NCBI GenBank assembly: GCA_018658955.1 | Contig: JABIPM010000040.1 | Location: 1-41,487, forward strand | Source: Candidatus Woesearchaeota archaeon | GTDB taxonomy: Archaea; Nanobdellota; Nanobdellia; SCGC-AAA011-G17; UBA489 | DNA: 41,487 nt | Direction: 5' to 3' | In this document: piece after piece, positions 9,785 through 19,271 of the stretch | Numbering within the stretch: the first letter of the stretch is position 1 | Layout of the letters: every line of letters starts with the position of its first letter | Program-made: the position numbers and the translations under genes | The notes under the pieces: model-generated | Databases searched by the model: none | Told to the model about the DNA's origin: nothing | The model's input: the letters and a program-made list of their open reading frames with translations, nothing else

Positions 9785-9808
9785 AGTGTTACATAAGAGT
9801 GATTAACC

Positions 9809-10252
9809 ATGTTATGCCCATACTGTCAAAATCAAGATACCAAAGTAATTGATAGTAGAGAAACAGAAAACGAAGAGGCGACAAGAAGACGCAGAGAATG
9901 TCTATTGTGTAAAAAAAGATTCACTACGTATGAAAGAGTTGAAACAGATTTAAGAGTAATAAAAAAAGATGGAACAGTAACTAATTATCAAAGAGAAAAA
10001 TTAAAATCTGGAATATTAAGGGCTTGCGAAAAAAGACCTGTAAAAACAGAAACAATTCACAATACAGTTAATAAAATTGAAGCAGAATTAAGATCAAAAC
10101 AAAAAACAGACATCCCTTCAAAATTAATAGGAGAATTAGCAATGAAGGAATTAAAGAAACTTGACAAAATTGCATACATCAGATTCGCATCAGTCTACAA
10201 AGACTTTGAAGATATCGGTTCATTTGAAGATGAACTAAAAAAACTAAAATAA
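9809..10252 (+). CDS. nrdR: Transcriptional repressor NrdR
   Basis: MLCPYC...VIDSR...RRRRECLLCKKRFTTYE Zn-ribbon plus ATP-cone; AYIRFASVYK. Confidence 0.97.
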   Translation: MLCPYCQNQDTKVIDSRETENEEATRRRRECLLCKKRFTTYERVETDLRVIKKDGTVTNYQREKLKSGILRACEKRPVKTETIHNTVNKIEAELRSKQKTDIPSKLIGELAMKELKKLDKIAYIRFASVYKDFEDIGSFEDELKKLK

Positions 10253-10264
10253 GGAGAAAATAAA

Positions 10265-12370
10265 ATGAGTTTAGAATCAAAAATTAATTACACGAACGGG
10301 GATTTAAAGAATCCAATACAATCAAGAATAGTGGATCGTCTTAATGATGCAAGTTATGTTCCTTTTGAATTGGATCAGGGATTTGTAAATAAATATCAAA
10401 AAGAAAAAGCCCCCTTTGGTTTTAATGGTTTAGGAGAAATTACGTTTTATAGGACTTATTCTAGAATAAAAGAGGATGGCTCAAATGAAAATTGGGCAGA
10501 TACCATAGAGCGTGTGGTCAATGGAACATACAACATGCAAAAAAGATGGATTGAAGAAAGAGGAATTGATTGGAGCGAAGCAAAGGCGCAAGACAGTGCA
10601 CAAGAAATGTATGATAGAATGTTTAACATGAAGTTCCTTCCGCCTGGAAGAGGACTTTGGGGAATGGGAAGTGCAATTACAGAAGAAAGAGGAACTTATG
10701 CAGCATTAAACAACTGTGCATTTGTTTCTACAGAAAATTTACAAGAAGATTATTCAAAACCATTTACTTTCTTAATGGATGCTTCAATGTTAGGTGTGGG
10801 GGTAGGATTTGACACAAAAGGTGCAGGAAAAGTTGTAATCCGAGGTCCAGATCAACATAGGCAAAAAGAAGTTTACGATGTGCCTGACTCAAGAGAGGGA
10901 TGGGTAAAAAGTGTTGGAATTTTATTAGATAGTTATTTTTTAGGAACTCCTGAAGTAGAATTTGGTTATGGCCGAGTAAGAAAAGAAGGAGAATTAATTA
11001 AAGGGTTTGGCGGAAAAGCTTCGGGGCCAGGACCATTAAAAGATCTTCATGAAAGTGTAAGGGATATATTAAACAAAGAAAGAGGAAGGCCCATGTCCAC
11101 AAGAGCAATTGTAGATGTACAAAATTTAATTGGAAAATGTGTAATTGCAGGAAATGTAAGAAGAACTGCAGAAATTTCTTTTGGAGATCCTTTTTCAGAT
11201 GAATATTTAGATTTAAAGAATTATGAAGTTAATCCAGAAAGAGAAGCACATGGATGGGCAAGTAACAATTCTGTTTTTGCAGAATTGGGAATGGATTACT
11301 CAGACATTGCAGAAAGGATTAGAATAAATGGTGAGCCCGGACTTGCTTGGTTAGACAATATGAAAGAGTTTGGTCGTATGAATGGTGAAAAAGACCATAA
11401 GGATCATAGGGCAGGCGGAGGAAATCCTTGTTTAGAACAAACATTGGAAAGTTATGAACTTTGTTGTTTAGTTGAAAACTTTCCAAATAAGCATGAGTCA
11501 AAAGAAGATTTCCTAAGAACATTAAAGTTTTCATATCTATATGCTAAAACTGTGACTCTTGGAGAAACACATTGGCCAGAAACAAACAGAGTACTTCTAA
11601 GGAATAGAAGAATTGGTTGTTCAGTTAGTGGAATTGCCCAATTCATTTCAGACAAAGGGATTGGGGAATTAGAAACTTGGTTGAATGAAGGTTACGATAC
11701 CATCGATAAATATGATGAAGTTTACAGTGATTGGTTATGTATCCCTCGGTCAATTAAAACCACCTCAGTAAAACCTTCTGGGACAGTTAGTCTTTTAGCA
11801 GGTTCAACACCAGGAGTTCATTTTCCTGCATCAGAATACTACATTAGAAGAGTAAGACTTGCAAAGAACAGCGATATTGTTGGTAAGTTGGTCGAAGCAG
11901 GATATCCTGTAGAGCCCGCGGTAGGTTCAGAAAATACAACTTTAGTTACTGAAATTCCTGTTCATGCAGGAACAGGAATCAGGACAGAAGATGATGTTTC
12001 AATGTGGGAACAACTAGGAATTGCTGCATTTATGCAAAAGCATTGGGCAGATAATCAAATCAGTTGCACAGTTAAATTTGATCCTGAAACTGAAGGGAAA
12101 GATATTCAACACGCATTAGATATTTATCAATCTCAACTGAAGGGAATAAGTTTCTTACCTAAATTAGAAGATGGAGCATATCCTCAAATGCCCTACGAAC
12201 CAATAAGCAAAGAAGAGTATGAAGAAAAGCTTACACATATTAAACCTCTAACTCTTGGAAAAATAAAAAATGAAAAAGCCATTCCAGAAAAATTCTGTGA
12301 CGGAGATACATGTGCTTTAGAAATGGCTACCGAAGAAGTCAAAACAACAGAAGAGGTTAAGGTAGAATGA
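10265..12370 (+). CDS. nrdJ: Class II (adenosylcobalamin-dependent) ribonucleotide reductase, monomeric RTPR type
   Basis: RTYSR, FLPPGRGLW, ALNNCAFV, GNVRRTAE, GGNPCLEQ (thiyl Cys), TSVKPSGTVS, C-terminal FCDGDTC. Confidence 0.93.
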   Translation: MSLESKINYTNGDLKNPIQSRIVDRLNDASYVPFELDQGFVNKYQKEKAPFGFNGLGEITFYRTYSRIKEDGSNENWADTIERVVNGTYNMQKRWIEERGIDWSEAKAQDSAQEMYDRMFNMKFLPPGRGLWGMGSAITEERGTYAALNNCAFVSTENLQEDYSKPFTFLMDASMLGVGVGFDTKGAGKVVIRGPDQHRQKEVYDVPDSREGWVKSVGILLDSYFLGTPEVEFGYGRVRKEGELIKGFGGKASGPGPLKDLHESVRDILNKERGRPMSTRAIVDVQNLIGKCVIAGNVRRTAEISFGDPFSDEYLDLKNYEVNPEREAHGWASNNSVFAELGMDYSDIAERIRINGEPGLAWLDNMKEFGRMNGEKDHKDHRAGGGNPCLEQTLESYELCCLVENFPNKHESKEDFLRTLKFSYLYAKTVTLGETHWPETNRVLLRNRRIGCSVSGIAQFISDKGIGELETWLNEGYDTIDKYDEVYSDWLCIPRSIKTTSVKPSGTVSLLAGSTPGVHFPASEYYIRRVRLAKNSDIVGKLVEAGYPVEPAVGSENTTLVTEIPVHAGTGIRTEDDVSMWEQLGIAAFMQKHWADNQISCTVKFDPETEGKDIQHALDIYQSQLKGISFLPKLEDGAYPQMPYEPISKEEYEEKLTHIKPLTLGKIKNEKAIPEKFCDGDTCALEMATEEVKTTEEVKVE

Positions 12371-12798
12371 TTAACATAAAGTTCAAAAGATTACATGAGG
12401 ACGCATTAATTCCTGCTTATGCAAAACATGGAGATGCAGGGATGGATGTTTGTTCAATTGATAATTATGAACTTTCTCCAAACAATTCTATTTTAGTTAA
12501 AACAGGTTTGGCAATGGAACTTCCATTCGGCTATGAGGCGCAAGTTAGACCTCGTTCCGGATTAGCATACAAAAATCAAATAACTGTATTAAATTCTCCG
12601 GGTACAATTGATTCAGGATACAGGAATGAAATTGGAGTAATATTAATTAATCACGGAAAAGAAATTTTCAACATAAAAAAAGGAGAAAGGATTGCACAAT
12701 TAGTTATTGCAAAACACGAAACACCTACAATTGAAGAAGTTATTGAACTTAGTGAATCTGAAAGAGGATTAGGTGGTTTTGGAAGTACTGGAAAATAA
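12367..12798 (+). CDS. dut: Trimeric dUTP diphosphatase
   Basis: AGMD, RPRSGLA, GTIDSGYR, RIAQLV and RGLGGFGSTG motifs I-V; ATGA overlap with nrdJ. Confidence 0.96.
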   Translation: MINIKFKRLHEDALIPAYAKHGDAGMDVCSIDNYELSPNNSILVKTGLAMELPFGYEAQVRPRSGLAYKNQITVLNSPGTIDSGYRNEIGVILINHGKEIFNIKKGERIAQLVIAKHETPTIEEVIELSESERGLGGFGSTGK

Positions 12799-13170
12799 TT
12801 ACAAATCAAAACCTACAAGAAGTGTAGCTTCGTTTGGTTTTAAAGATAGATTTAAACTATCTATCAATTCTTTATGCATTTTAAATCCTGGAGATGAAGA
12901 GATTACATTATCTGCATTTATTTCTGGAAAACTAATTCCTGGAAAACTAATTCCTTTATCGTCTGATTTAACAATTTCTTGAGTAGGATCTCTAAAACTA
13001 GAATCATGAGACAATAACAATGTATGTCTTCTCGTTAAAGATTCAAAAACTCCATGATTATTTGCTTCTTCTAGTTTCATGATTCTTTCTTTAAATCCAT
13101 CATCTAAAACTTTCAGCACTTTAAGTCCTTGAATTTTATTCAAATCTTCTCTAATATTTAGTATTTCCAT
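12799..13170 (-). CDS. Hypothetical protein
   Basis: Open frame with typical composition; probable ATG start at 13170 (MEILNIRE). Confidence 0.6.
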   Translation of the reverse strand: MEILNIREDLNKIQGLKVLKVLDDGFKERIMKLEEANNHGVFESLTRRHTLLLSHDSSFRDPTQEIVKSDDKGISFPGISFPEINADNVISSSPGFKMHKELIDSLNLSLKPNEATLLVGFDL

Positions 13171-13202
13171 CTTTTCAAAAATCAAACCTTGTTTTTAAAC
13201 CT

Positions 13203-14033
13203 TTACATAGCACTTTTCAAGGCTTTAATTGCTACTTCTAATTGTTTATCTTCTGGTTCGTTAGTAGTTATTCTTTGCAACCATAATCCTGGCGTAACTA
13301 AAATTCCCAAAATTTTACTAGGATTTCTAGCATTTAATCTTAATAGTTCATAACTAATCATAGCTATAACTGGAATTAAAACTAATCGATGTAACAATTT
13401 AATTAGCCAGCTTTCGCTCCAAACTAAAGAAAACATAATAATACTAATAACTAACACAATAAAGATAAATGAAGTTCCACATCTAGGATGTATTGTTGAA
13501 AATTTCTTAGCATTCTTCACAGTTAATGCTTTCCCTGACTCATAGCAACTAACTACTTTATGTTCTGCTCCATGATATTGGAAAATTCTTTTAACATCTT
13601 CAAATCTAGAAATAAACCATAAATAACCCACAAAGAAAATAACTCTCCAAATTCCATCAACTATGTTGAAAATAATTCTGTCTTCAGAAGCAAACTTACT
13701 TAACCATAATGGCAATACAATAAACAATCCAATAGAAATAGAAAAAGAAAACATTAACATAAAGAAAATTCCCCAACTTCCAATTTCCTCTTCCTCTCCT
13801 AAACTTTCATTACTGCTCCAAGTTAATGCTTTTGTTCCAATTATTAACATTTCAAATAATGAAATTATTCCTCTCAAAAATATCATATCTTTAAATTTCT
13901 CAGAAATATTACTTCTTTTTTCAATTTTAGTCTTAATTTTTCCATCTTCCTTACGCACGGCAATGGCTATCTTCTTCCTACTAGCCATCATTACGCCCTC
14001 CATAACGGCTTGTCCGCCAATATATTCCTTCAT
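13203..14033 (-). CDS. DUF1385 family membrane protein (putative metal-dependent enzyme)
   Basis: IGGQAVMEGVMM, FQYHGAEHK, HPRCGTSF, GLWLQRITTNEP. Confidence 0.92.
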   Translation of the reverse strand: MKEYIGGQAVMEGVMMASRKKIAIAVRKEDGKIKTKIEKRSNISEKFKDMIFLRGIISLFEMLIIGTKALTWSSNESLGEEEEIGSWGIFFMLMFSFSISIGLFIVLPLWLSKFASEDRIIFNIVDGIWRVIFFVGYLWFISRFEDVKRIFQYHGAEHKVVSCYESGKALTVKNAKKFSTIHPRCGTSFIFIVLVISIIMFSLVWSESWLIKLLHRLVLIPVIAMISYELLRLNARNPSKILGILVTPGLWLQRITTNEPEDKQLEVAIKALKSAM

Positions 14034-14084
14034 AACCCTTCAATCTAAACAAGATTTAAAAAGCTTTAGAGCCCCTAAAAATCC

Positions 14085-14237
14085 ATGAAATGCGACATTT
14101 GTAAAGAAAAAATACAAGAAAATTTTCTAGAAAAGATTCAAGGAACATATATTGGATCAGGCAAAAGTAAAAAAGCAGTTTGTCAAAATTGTCAAAAAAC
14201 TCATTCTATCGAAGAACTAAAAGAGAAATTGAAATAA
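14085..14237 (+). CDS. Small Zn-ribbon protein (50 aa)
   Basis: Manually translated MKCDICKEKIQENFLEKIQGTYIGSGKSKKAVCQNCQKTHSIEELKEKLK*; two CxxC; ends 5 nt before tRNA-Thr. Confidence 0.75.
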   Translation: MKCDICKEKIQENFLEKIQGTYIGSGKSKKAVCQNCQKTHSIEELKEKLK

Positions 14238-14242
14238 CTTTC

Positions 14243-14314
14243 GCCACCGTGGCTCAATGGTAGAGCATCGCTCTCGTAAAGCGAAGGTTGAGGGTTCAAG
14301 TCCCTTCGGTGGCT
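14243..14314 (+). tRNA. tRNA-Thr(CGT)
   Basis: Acceptor GCCACCG/CGGTGGC; anticodon arm TCGCT-CT CGT AA-AGCGA; T-arm GTTCAAGTC; no CCA. Confidence 0.96.
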
Positions 14315-14716
14315 TTATTTACCTAATTTTATTTTACCTGGACCAACAGTGTAAAGTGCAAACAATCCGCCAAGAATTGCAATATTTTTTTGCAAACTAA
14401 TTATCTGTGCACCACTAGTAAAATCCAAATGGAATATTAATGTTGCAGGTATCAAAAACATTGCCAACATTAAAGCACCCACTTCAAGTTTGTAACCTGT
14501 TAAAATAAACAATCCCCCTGCCATTAAGAAAATAACTGCCGAGTAATAAAATAATTCAACACCGACCATTCCAGCAGAAGCCATGTAATCTTTAATTAAA
14601 GAGGGATTCATAATTTTATTAATTCCGGCCATTAAAAATATTCCAGAGATAAATATTCTAGAAAGTAAAAGCACATAATCATCATACTTGATTTTTCTTT
14701 TAATCATCTTAGTCAT
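14315..14716 (-). CDS. DoxX family membrane protein
   Basis: LLSRIFISGIFLMAGINKI...ATLIFH...KNIAILGGL...GPG pattern, four TM helices. Confidence 0.88.
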   Translation of the reverse strand: MTKMIKRKIKYDDYVLLLSRIFISGIFLMAGINKIMNPSLIKDYMASAGMVGVELFYYSAVIFLMAGGLFILTGYKLEVGALMLAMFLIPATLIFHLDFTSGAQIISLQKNIAILGGLFALYTVGPGKIKLGK

Positions 14717-14745
14717 TCAATTAACCCGCTTATAATTCTTTCTAA

Positions 14746-15387
14746 TTAAATTAGGCTATAAATGCCCAATAACGCCAATAAAATCAACACAATTCCTACA
14801 ACTCTAAAAATAATTCTAACAACTTTTTCAGTAATCTTTTCTCGATTTGCTTTAACCACAAAAATCATACTCACAGATCCAAAAAAGATTCCCAGTCCTG
14901 CAAAAATAGAGAACAATACAATATTAAAAACACTGCTCAAATTAATGAAATCAAACGAGATAAGCAATGCTGCAATCGCAGACCAACTTAACATAATGCT
15001 GGGATTAAGTGCAATCATCATTATTCCAGTAATGAAAGAACCCTTAACATCTTCATAAGTAGCCTGAACAAAAGTTCTTTTCATTCTAAATGATCTAATT
15101 GATAAAAAATAAGCACCAATAATTAAAAATATCAAAGAACTTAACCCTCTAATCCAAATATTTAATGTACTTCCTCCCTGAACAAGCATCCCAATAACAC
15201 CTATTCCTACCCCACAATAAAGTGCCTCCATTAATGAAGTCCCAATACTCATTGCAACACCCTCAGTATGTTTTCCATTTAATGCCCTATGCAATATTAA
15301 TGAAGAGGCTGGACCCAAAACTGGAATAATTGCTCCAAAAAATCCAACAAAAAAAGAAAGAACTGCAATATTAAGATTGTTTATCAT
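14746..15387 (-). CDS. LysE/RhtB family translocator
   Basis: IPVLGPAS near the N-terminus, SFITGIMMIALNP, ~6 TM helices; start placed at ATG 15387 after an AAGGGG RBS. Confidence 0.8.
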   Translation of the reverse strand: MINNLNIAVLSFFVGFFGAIIPVLGPASSLILHRALNGKHTEGVAMSIGTSLMEALYCGVGIGVIGMLVQGGSTLNIWIRGLSSLIFLIIGAYFLSIRSFRMKRTFVQATYEDVKGSFITGIMMIALNPSIMLSWSAIAALLISFDFINLSSVFNIVLFSIFAGLGIFFGSVSMIFVVKANREKITEKVVRIIFRVVGIVLILLALLGIYSLI

Positions 15388-15916
15388 ATTTATCCCCTTT
15401 AACACTATTAACAACTTGTTTAACATAGCTAGGAGCATTAATAATTAAACTATCAAAACTAAATCCGGCATAAGATTTTTTATTATTCCATGCTTTAAAG
15501 ATTCTAGTTAAATTTCCACCAATTACTAATCCAGCAAGACCATATCCTGCAAGTTCATTATCCAAACTATTTGCAGCAAAATAATACTGGGGAGATAGTC
15601 CTATATTAATTAAAGAATTTTGAATTGTAAGTTTATATCCTTCTTTTCCAGCAACTTTAGCAAATTCTTCTTGATCTTCCTGAGTCATGGTTCCACCAAC
15701 ATAAGCTTGAAAAGTAGAATCAACAAATCCATGCATATTTTTCTTTTTTTTCAAAAATCTATATGCTTTAATCAACTGTTTATTGATGATTCCAGTATTT
15801 TTTCCATTTTTAAAATAGAGGTCCCATACATCTTCAAATTTCTCCCCTTCTAAATTAAGGTTCTTATTAGCCCCATAGGACTCATTTTCAGTAATCTTTT
15901 CCAAATCTATTCCCAT
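15371..15916 (-). CDS. Hypothetical protein with N-terminal DLEKI motif
   Basis: 181-aa ORF with a hydrophobic C-terminal segment; N-terminus resembles that of 19466..19759. Confidence 0.65.
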   Translation of the reverse strand: MGIDLEKITENESYGANKNLNLEGEKFEDVWDLYFKNGKNTGIINKQLIKAYRFLKKKKNMHGFVDSTFQAYVGGTMTQEDQEEFAKVAGKEGYKLTIQNSLINIGLSPQYYFAANSLDNELAGYGLAGLVIGGNLTRIFKAWNNKKSYAGFSFDSLIINAPSYVKQVVNSVKGDKYDKQS

Positions 15917-16005
15917 TTTAGAGAATTTTCAAGGAAATTACAACCTTTAAACTTTCCCCCTTTATAAACAAATAAAATTATAAACTCCAAAACAAAAATA
16001 TAATT

Positions 16006-16194
16006 ATGTCGTCTAACTATTCAACAAAGAAAAAGTCAAACTATTCAGATAGTAGCACTAAACAAAATAATTATTCTATAAATTCTTCAACAAACAAAGT
16101 AACTTTGTATGTTTCTAACAATCAAGTTAAAGAAAAAAAAGGGATTTGTACATGTAAAAAGAAAGGTCCTTGTAGGGGAACTTGCAGATTATAA
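16006..16194 (+). CDS. Small Ser/Asn/Lys-rich protein with C-terminal Cys cluster
   Basis: Three NYS repeats followed by CTCKKKGPCRGTC; TTTATAAA upstream. Confidence 0.5.
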   Translation: MSSNYSTKKKSNYSDSSTKQNNYSINSSTNKVTLYVSNNQVKEKKGICTCKKKGPCRGTCRL

Positions 16195-16641
16195 CTTTTT
16201 GAATAATTTTTTAGCTTCTTCTTTATCTAAACTAGATTTAAATGCAAGCATTTCAACCAGATGCGGTTCAATTCTCATAATGTCTTTTCCAGTAATTATT
16301 CCTACCAATTTACCATCATCAATAACTGGCAAATGTTTAATTTCAGAATTTCCCATTAAAATCATTGCATCATAAATGTCTCTTGTACTTTCAATAGAAA
16401 TAAGATTTTCATCTGCAACACCATCAACAATTGTCTCATTAGGATTATTTTTTTCTGCAACAACTTTTCTAACTACATCTTGTTCAGTAATTATTCCAAT
16501 GGGAGAATTCTCTTTTAAAATTATAATGCTTCCAACTTTAGCAGTTTTCATCTGATTAGCAATCTCACAAATGGTGGTTTCACATTCAGCCGTTTGAACA
16601 TCTCTGTTCATAATTTCATAAACTTTGTAACCTGTTTCCAT
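16189..16641 (-). CDS. CBS-domain pair protein
   Basis: KVYEIM...PIGIITEQDVV and HLPVIDDGKLVGIITGKDI. Confidence 0.92.
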   Translation of the reverse strand: METGYKVYEIMNRDVQTAECETTICEIANQMKTAKVGSIIILKENSPIGIITEQDVVRKVVAEKNNPNETIVDGVADENLISIESTRDIYDAMILMGNSEIKHLPVIDDGKLVGIITGKDIMRIEPHLVEMLAFKSSLDKEEAKKLFKKL

Positions 16642-16763
16642 ATTATTACCTAATAATCTTAACTATATATTCTTTGCGGCTTTTTAAATATCGACATTGT
16701 AACCCTCAAAAAGTAGTTTCAAAAGAAAGCTTTTTAAAATGAATTTTAGAGAATATATCTGAA

Positions 16764-17465
16764 ATGATAATAGATAGCCATACCCACCTTGGATTTGAAG
16801 ATATGTACCAAAAACAGAACCCTAGAGAGTTAATTAAGCTAATGGACAGGGCAGGAATAGATAAATCTGTAATATTTCCATTTGGCCCAGTTTTTTCAAA
16901 AAATCAATCTTATCAATCAGAAAACATCAAAATTAGTAAATGTTCAAACAACCCTCGATTCATTACATTCGGGAGAGTGAATCAATTAGCTCCAGATTCT
17001 CTTGAAGAAGTAGAAAGAATTAAAGATTTAGATTTTAAAGGAATAAAAATTCACACAGATGCAGCACCGTTAAACACTTACAGAGATTTAGTAAAAAAGT
17101 TAAATGAGTACTGCCTTCCAATAATGATTCATGCAGGTAACAATGAAAACTCAAATGTTGAGAATTTAAAACATCTCGAATATGAAGGAAATATCATCAT
17201 AGGTCACGGAGGAAAAGATAATATTTCAAAAGCAATTGAATTAGTAAATTCAAGAGATAATTTTTACATTGAAACTTCATTGCTTTCATTAAGTAGAACA
17301 AAAAGGTTAGTTAGACAAGTTAAGGACAAATCCAAAATTCTTTTTGGATCAGATGCTCCCTACGATTTACCAGAATTAGAAGTTAAAAAAATAATGCATG
17401 CTTGCGATCATGATAGGAAATTAGTAAGAGACATATTAGGAAAAAACTTGGAAAAAATACTATGA
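16764..17465 (+). CDS. Amidohydrolase-2 family metal-dependent hydrolase
   Basis: IIDSHTH, KGIKIH, IMIHAG, IIIGHGG and KILFGSDAPY motifs. Confidence 0.9.
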   Translation: MIIDSHTHLGFEDMYQKQNPRELIKLMDRAGIDKSVIFPFGPVFSKNQSYQSENIKISKCSNNPRFITFGRVNQLAPDSLEEVERIKDLDFKGIKIHTDAAPLNTYRDLVKKLNEYCLPIMIHAGNNENSNVENLKHLEYEGNIIIGHGGKDNISKAIELVNSRDNFYIETSLLSLSRTKRLVRQVKDKSKILFGSDAPYDLPELEVKKIMHACDHDRKLVRDILGKNLEKIL

Positions 17466-18553
17466 ATACAAAAACAAAATATAACACTTTAATCTTGACA
17501 AGAGGGAGAGATCTAACTCCTGATTCTACAGAGTTAGCATTAGCATATGAAGCAACAAATAGAAATCATAAAGTTTCTTTTCAAAAACCAGAAAATTTCT
17601 ACGTTAAAAATGGAAAATTATTTGGAATTACTCGCAGGCCAAATGCAGAGACTATAGACTCCTACGAGGCATTTGGACAATACATCCAAAATGAAACTTT
17701 CATGAAACGAGAAAATCTCCCATTAGAAGAATTTGATATTATTTTTTCAAGAGTAGCATATAGAAATCCGGATGAAAAAAGAGAATTTGAAAATATGTGT
17801 ATTTATTTATCTTCATTAGAATCTTTAAATCCTAAAGTTACAATGGTAAATTCTCCATTAGGTATGTTGATGGCGGGAGCAAAAATTTACGAAACACTTA
17901 ATCTGAAAACTTACATGCCAGAAACACACATCACTAAAGATTCTAAACGTCTTGAAACTTTGATGAAGGAAGCGGCAAGAGACAACCAAGGAATTATTGG
18001 AAAACCTATTGATGGGATGGGTGGAAGCGGAGTTATTGAAATTCCTCCTGCTGGTTACAGAGGATTAAGGACTTTAGCAGAAGTACTAGTTGAACCTTTA
18101 GAAAGTACTTCTTCAATTCCTGCAATTATTCAATCAAAATTAGAAGGTGTAGATCGTAGAATTTTAATAATGGGCGAAGAAATTCTTGGAGCATATAAAA
18201 GAGTCCCTGCTGAAGAAGAGATAAGGGCAAATATTCATTTAGGCGGAACGGTTCAAGCTTATGAGTTACAAGATATCGATAGAATGATTGTAAGTTATGT
18301 TGCAGAAAAAATCAAAAAAGATGGATTATATTTTTGTGGATTAGACATTATGGGTCCAGAAGAGGACGGAACACTTGAGAATACTAGGATGCTAGAACTA
18401 AATGTAAGGTGCCCAGGTTCAATTAGAAGTTTAGAGTCTTTAGCTGAATCCTATCATGAAAAAACAGAAATTAGAAATGCAGCAGCAAGCAAGATAATAA
18501 GGTATGCTGAAAATCTACATGAAAATAAGCTGTCTTTATTAGCTCAAGAGTAA
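17462..18553 (+). CDS. ATP-grasp ligase, glutathione synthetase (GshB)-like
   Basis: GshB-like N-domain (DSTELALAYEA...H.V), KPIDGMGGSGV, DRRIL, IRANIHLGG, FCGLDIMG, ELNV; ATGA overlap with the amidohydrolase. Confidence 0.8.
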   Translation: MNTKTKYNTLILTRGRDLTPDSTELALAYEATNRNHKVSFQKPENFYVKNGKLFGITRRPNAETIDSYEAFGQYIQNETFMKRENLPLEEFDIIFSRVAYRNPDEKREFENMCIYLSSLESLNPKVTMVNSPLGMLMAGAKIYETLNLKTYMPETHITKDSKRLETLMKEAARDNQGIIGKPIDGMGGSGVIEIPPAGYRGLRTLAEVLVEPLESTSSIPAIIQSKLEGVDRRILIMGEEILGAYKRVPAEEEIRANIHLGGTVQAYELQDIDRMIVSYVAEKIKKDGLYFCGLDIMGPEEDGTLENTRMLELNVRCPGSIRSLESLAESYHEKTEIRNAAASKIIRYAENLHENKLSLLAQE

Positions 18554-18594
18554 TCCACTAATTTTATAAACCGTTCAAGAGCCTAAATCTTTGC

Positions 18595-18680
18595 GTGGGT
18601 GTCCCATAGTCTGGTCAATTGGGCAGGACTTAAGATCCTGTGGCTTAGTGCCTACGAAGGTTCGAATCCTTCCACCCACA
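18595..18680 (+). tRNA. tRNA-Leu(TAA)
   Basis: Acceptor GTGGGTG/CACCCAC; anticodon arm CAGGA-CT TAA GA-TCCTG; long variable arm; GTTCGAATC. Confidence 0.95.
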
Positions 18681-18684
18681 GTTT

Positions 18685-19014
18685 TTACCTATTATCGCCA
18701 GTACCGTTAACTTTGTTCCTCTTAATCCTACTAGTTATCTTTTCCAGATTAATTTTAGCAACTTCATCTAACTCAAAGTTTAATTCACTACATAAATTTG
18801 AAAGATACCATAGAACATCTCCTAATTCTTTTCCGATAGCCTCTCTGGCCTCCGGACTAACCTTTCCCTTACAGTCTCTAAATATTTTTTTTACTTTTTC
18901 AGCAACTTCTCCAGATTCTCCACAAAGACCCATCGTAGGATATGAAAGATTTTTCCCCACGTTTGGATAACTGGCAGTGCTTCTGGCAAGTTTTTGATAT
19001 CTGTTTAGTCTCAT
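18685..19014 (-). CDS. MazG-like nucleotide pyrophosphohydrolase
   Basis: GLCGESGEVAEKVKK...KELGDVLWY...NLEKI..R. Confidence 0.92.
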   Translation of the reverse strand: MRLNRYQKLARSTASYPNVGKNLSYPTMGLCGESGEVAEKVKKIFRDCKGKVSPEAREAIGKELGDVLWYLSNLCSELNFELDEVAKINLEKITSRIKRNKVNGTGDNR

Positions 19015-19115
19015 ATGAGTAATTTCATTATTTAATTAATAAGAATTTATCAATCTTAACCTAGATAATTCCTCCCAATACTTTTAAAAAAGAAAATCAT
19101 CATGAATAAAACAGC

Positions 19116-19187
19116 GCCACCGTAGCTCAGTGGTAGAGCACTACATTGGTAATGTAGAGGTCGCGAGTTCAAGTCTCGTCGGTGGCT
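19116..19187 (+). tRNA. tRNA-Thr(GGT)
   Basis: Acceptor GCCACCG/CGGTGGC; anticodon arm CTACA-TT GGT AA-TGTAG; GTTCAAGTC. Confidence 0.96.
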
Positions 19188-19271
19188 TCTTATCGTACTT
19201 ACCGTACTTACTCCTCGTCCGCCAAAACTATATCAAACAGTTCTAACTTATTTCTCCAAGGAGGAAACCCC

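Noticed and set aside
9809..12798. Provirus, because monomeric NrdJ and dUTPase are common in phages
   Set aside because: NrdR-regulated and flanked by ABCE1 and DUF1385; no capsid, terminase or integrase
18599..18970. ORFs overlapping tRNAs (18599..18970, 31953..32234, 5' part of 19182..19376)
   Set aside because: They begin inside tRNA genes, and the first two run antisense to real CDSs
14243..19187. Integrated element between two tRNA-Thr copies
   Set aside because: Both are complete isoacceptors with different anticodons, not att duplications; no integrase or viral genes lie between them
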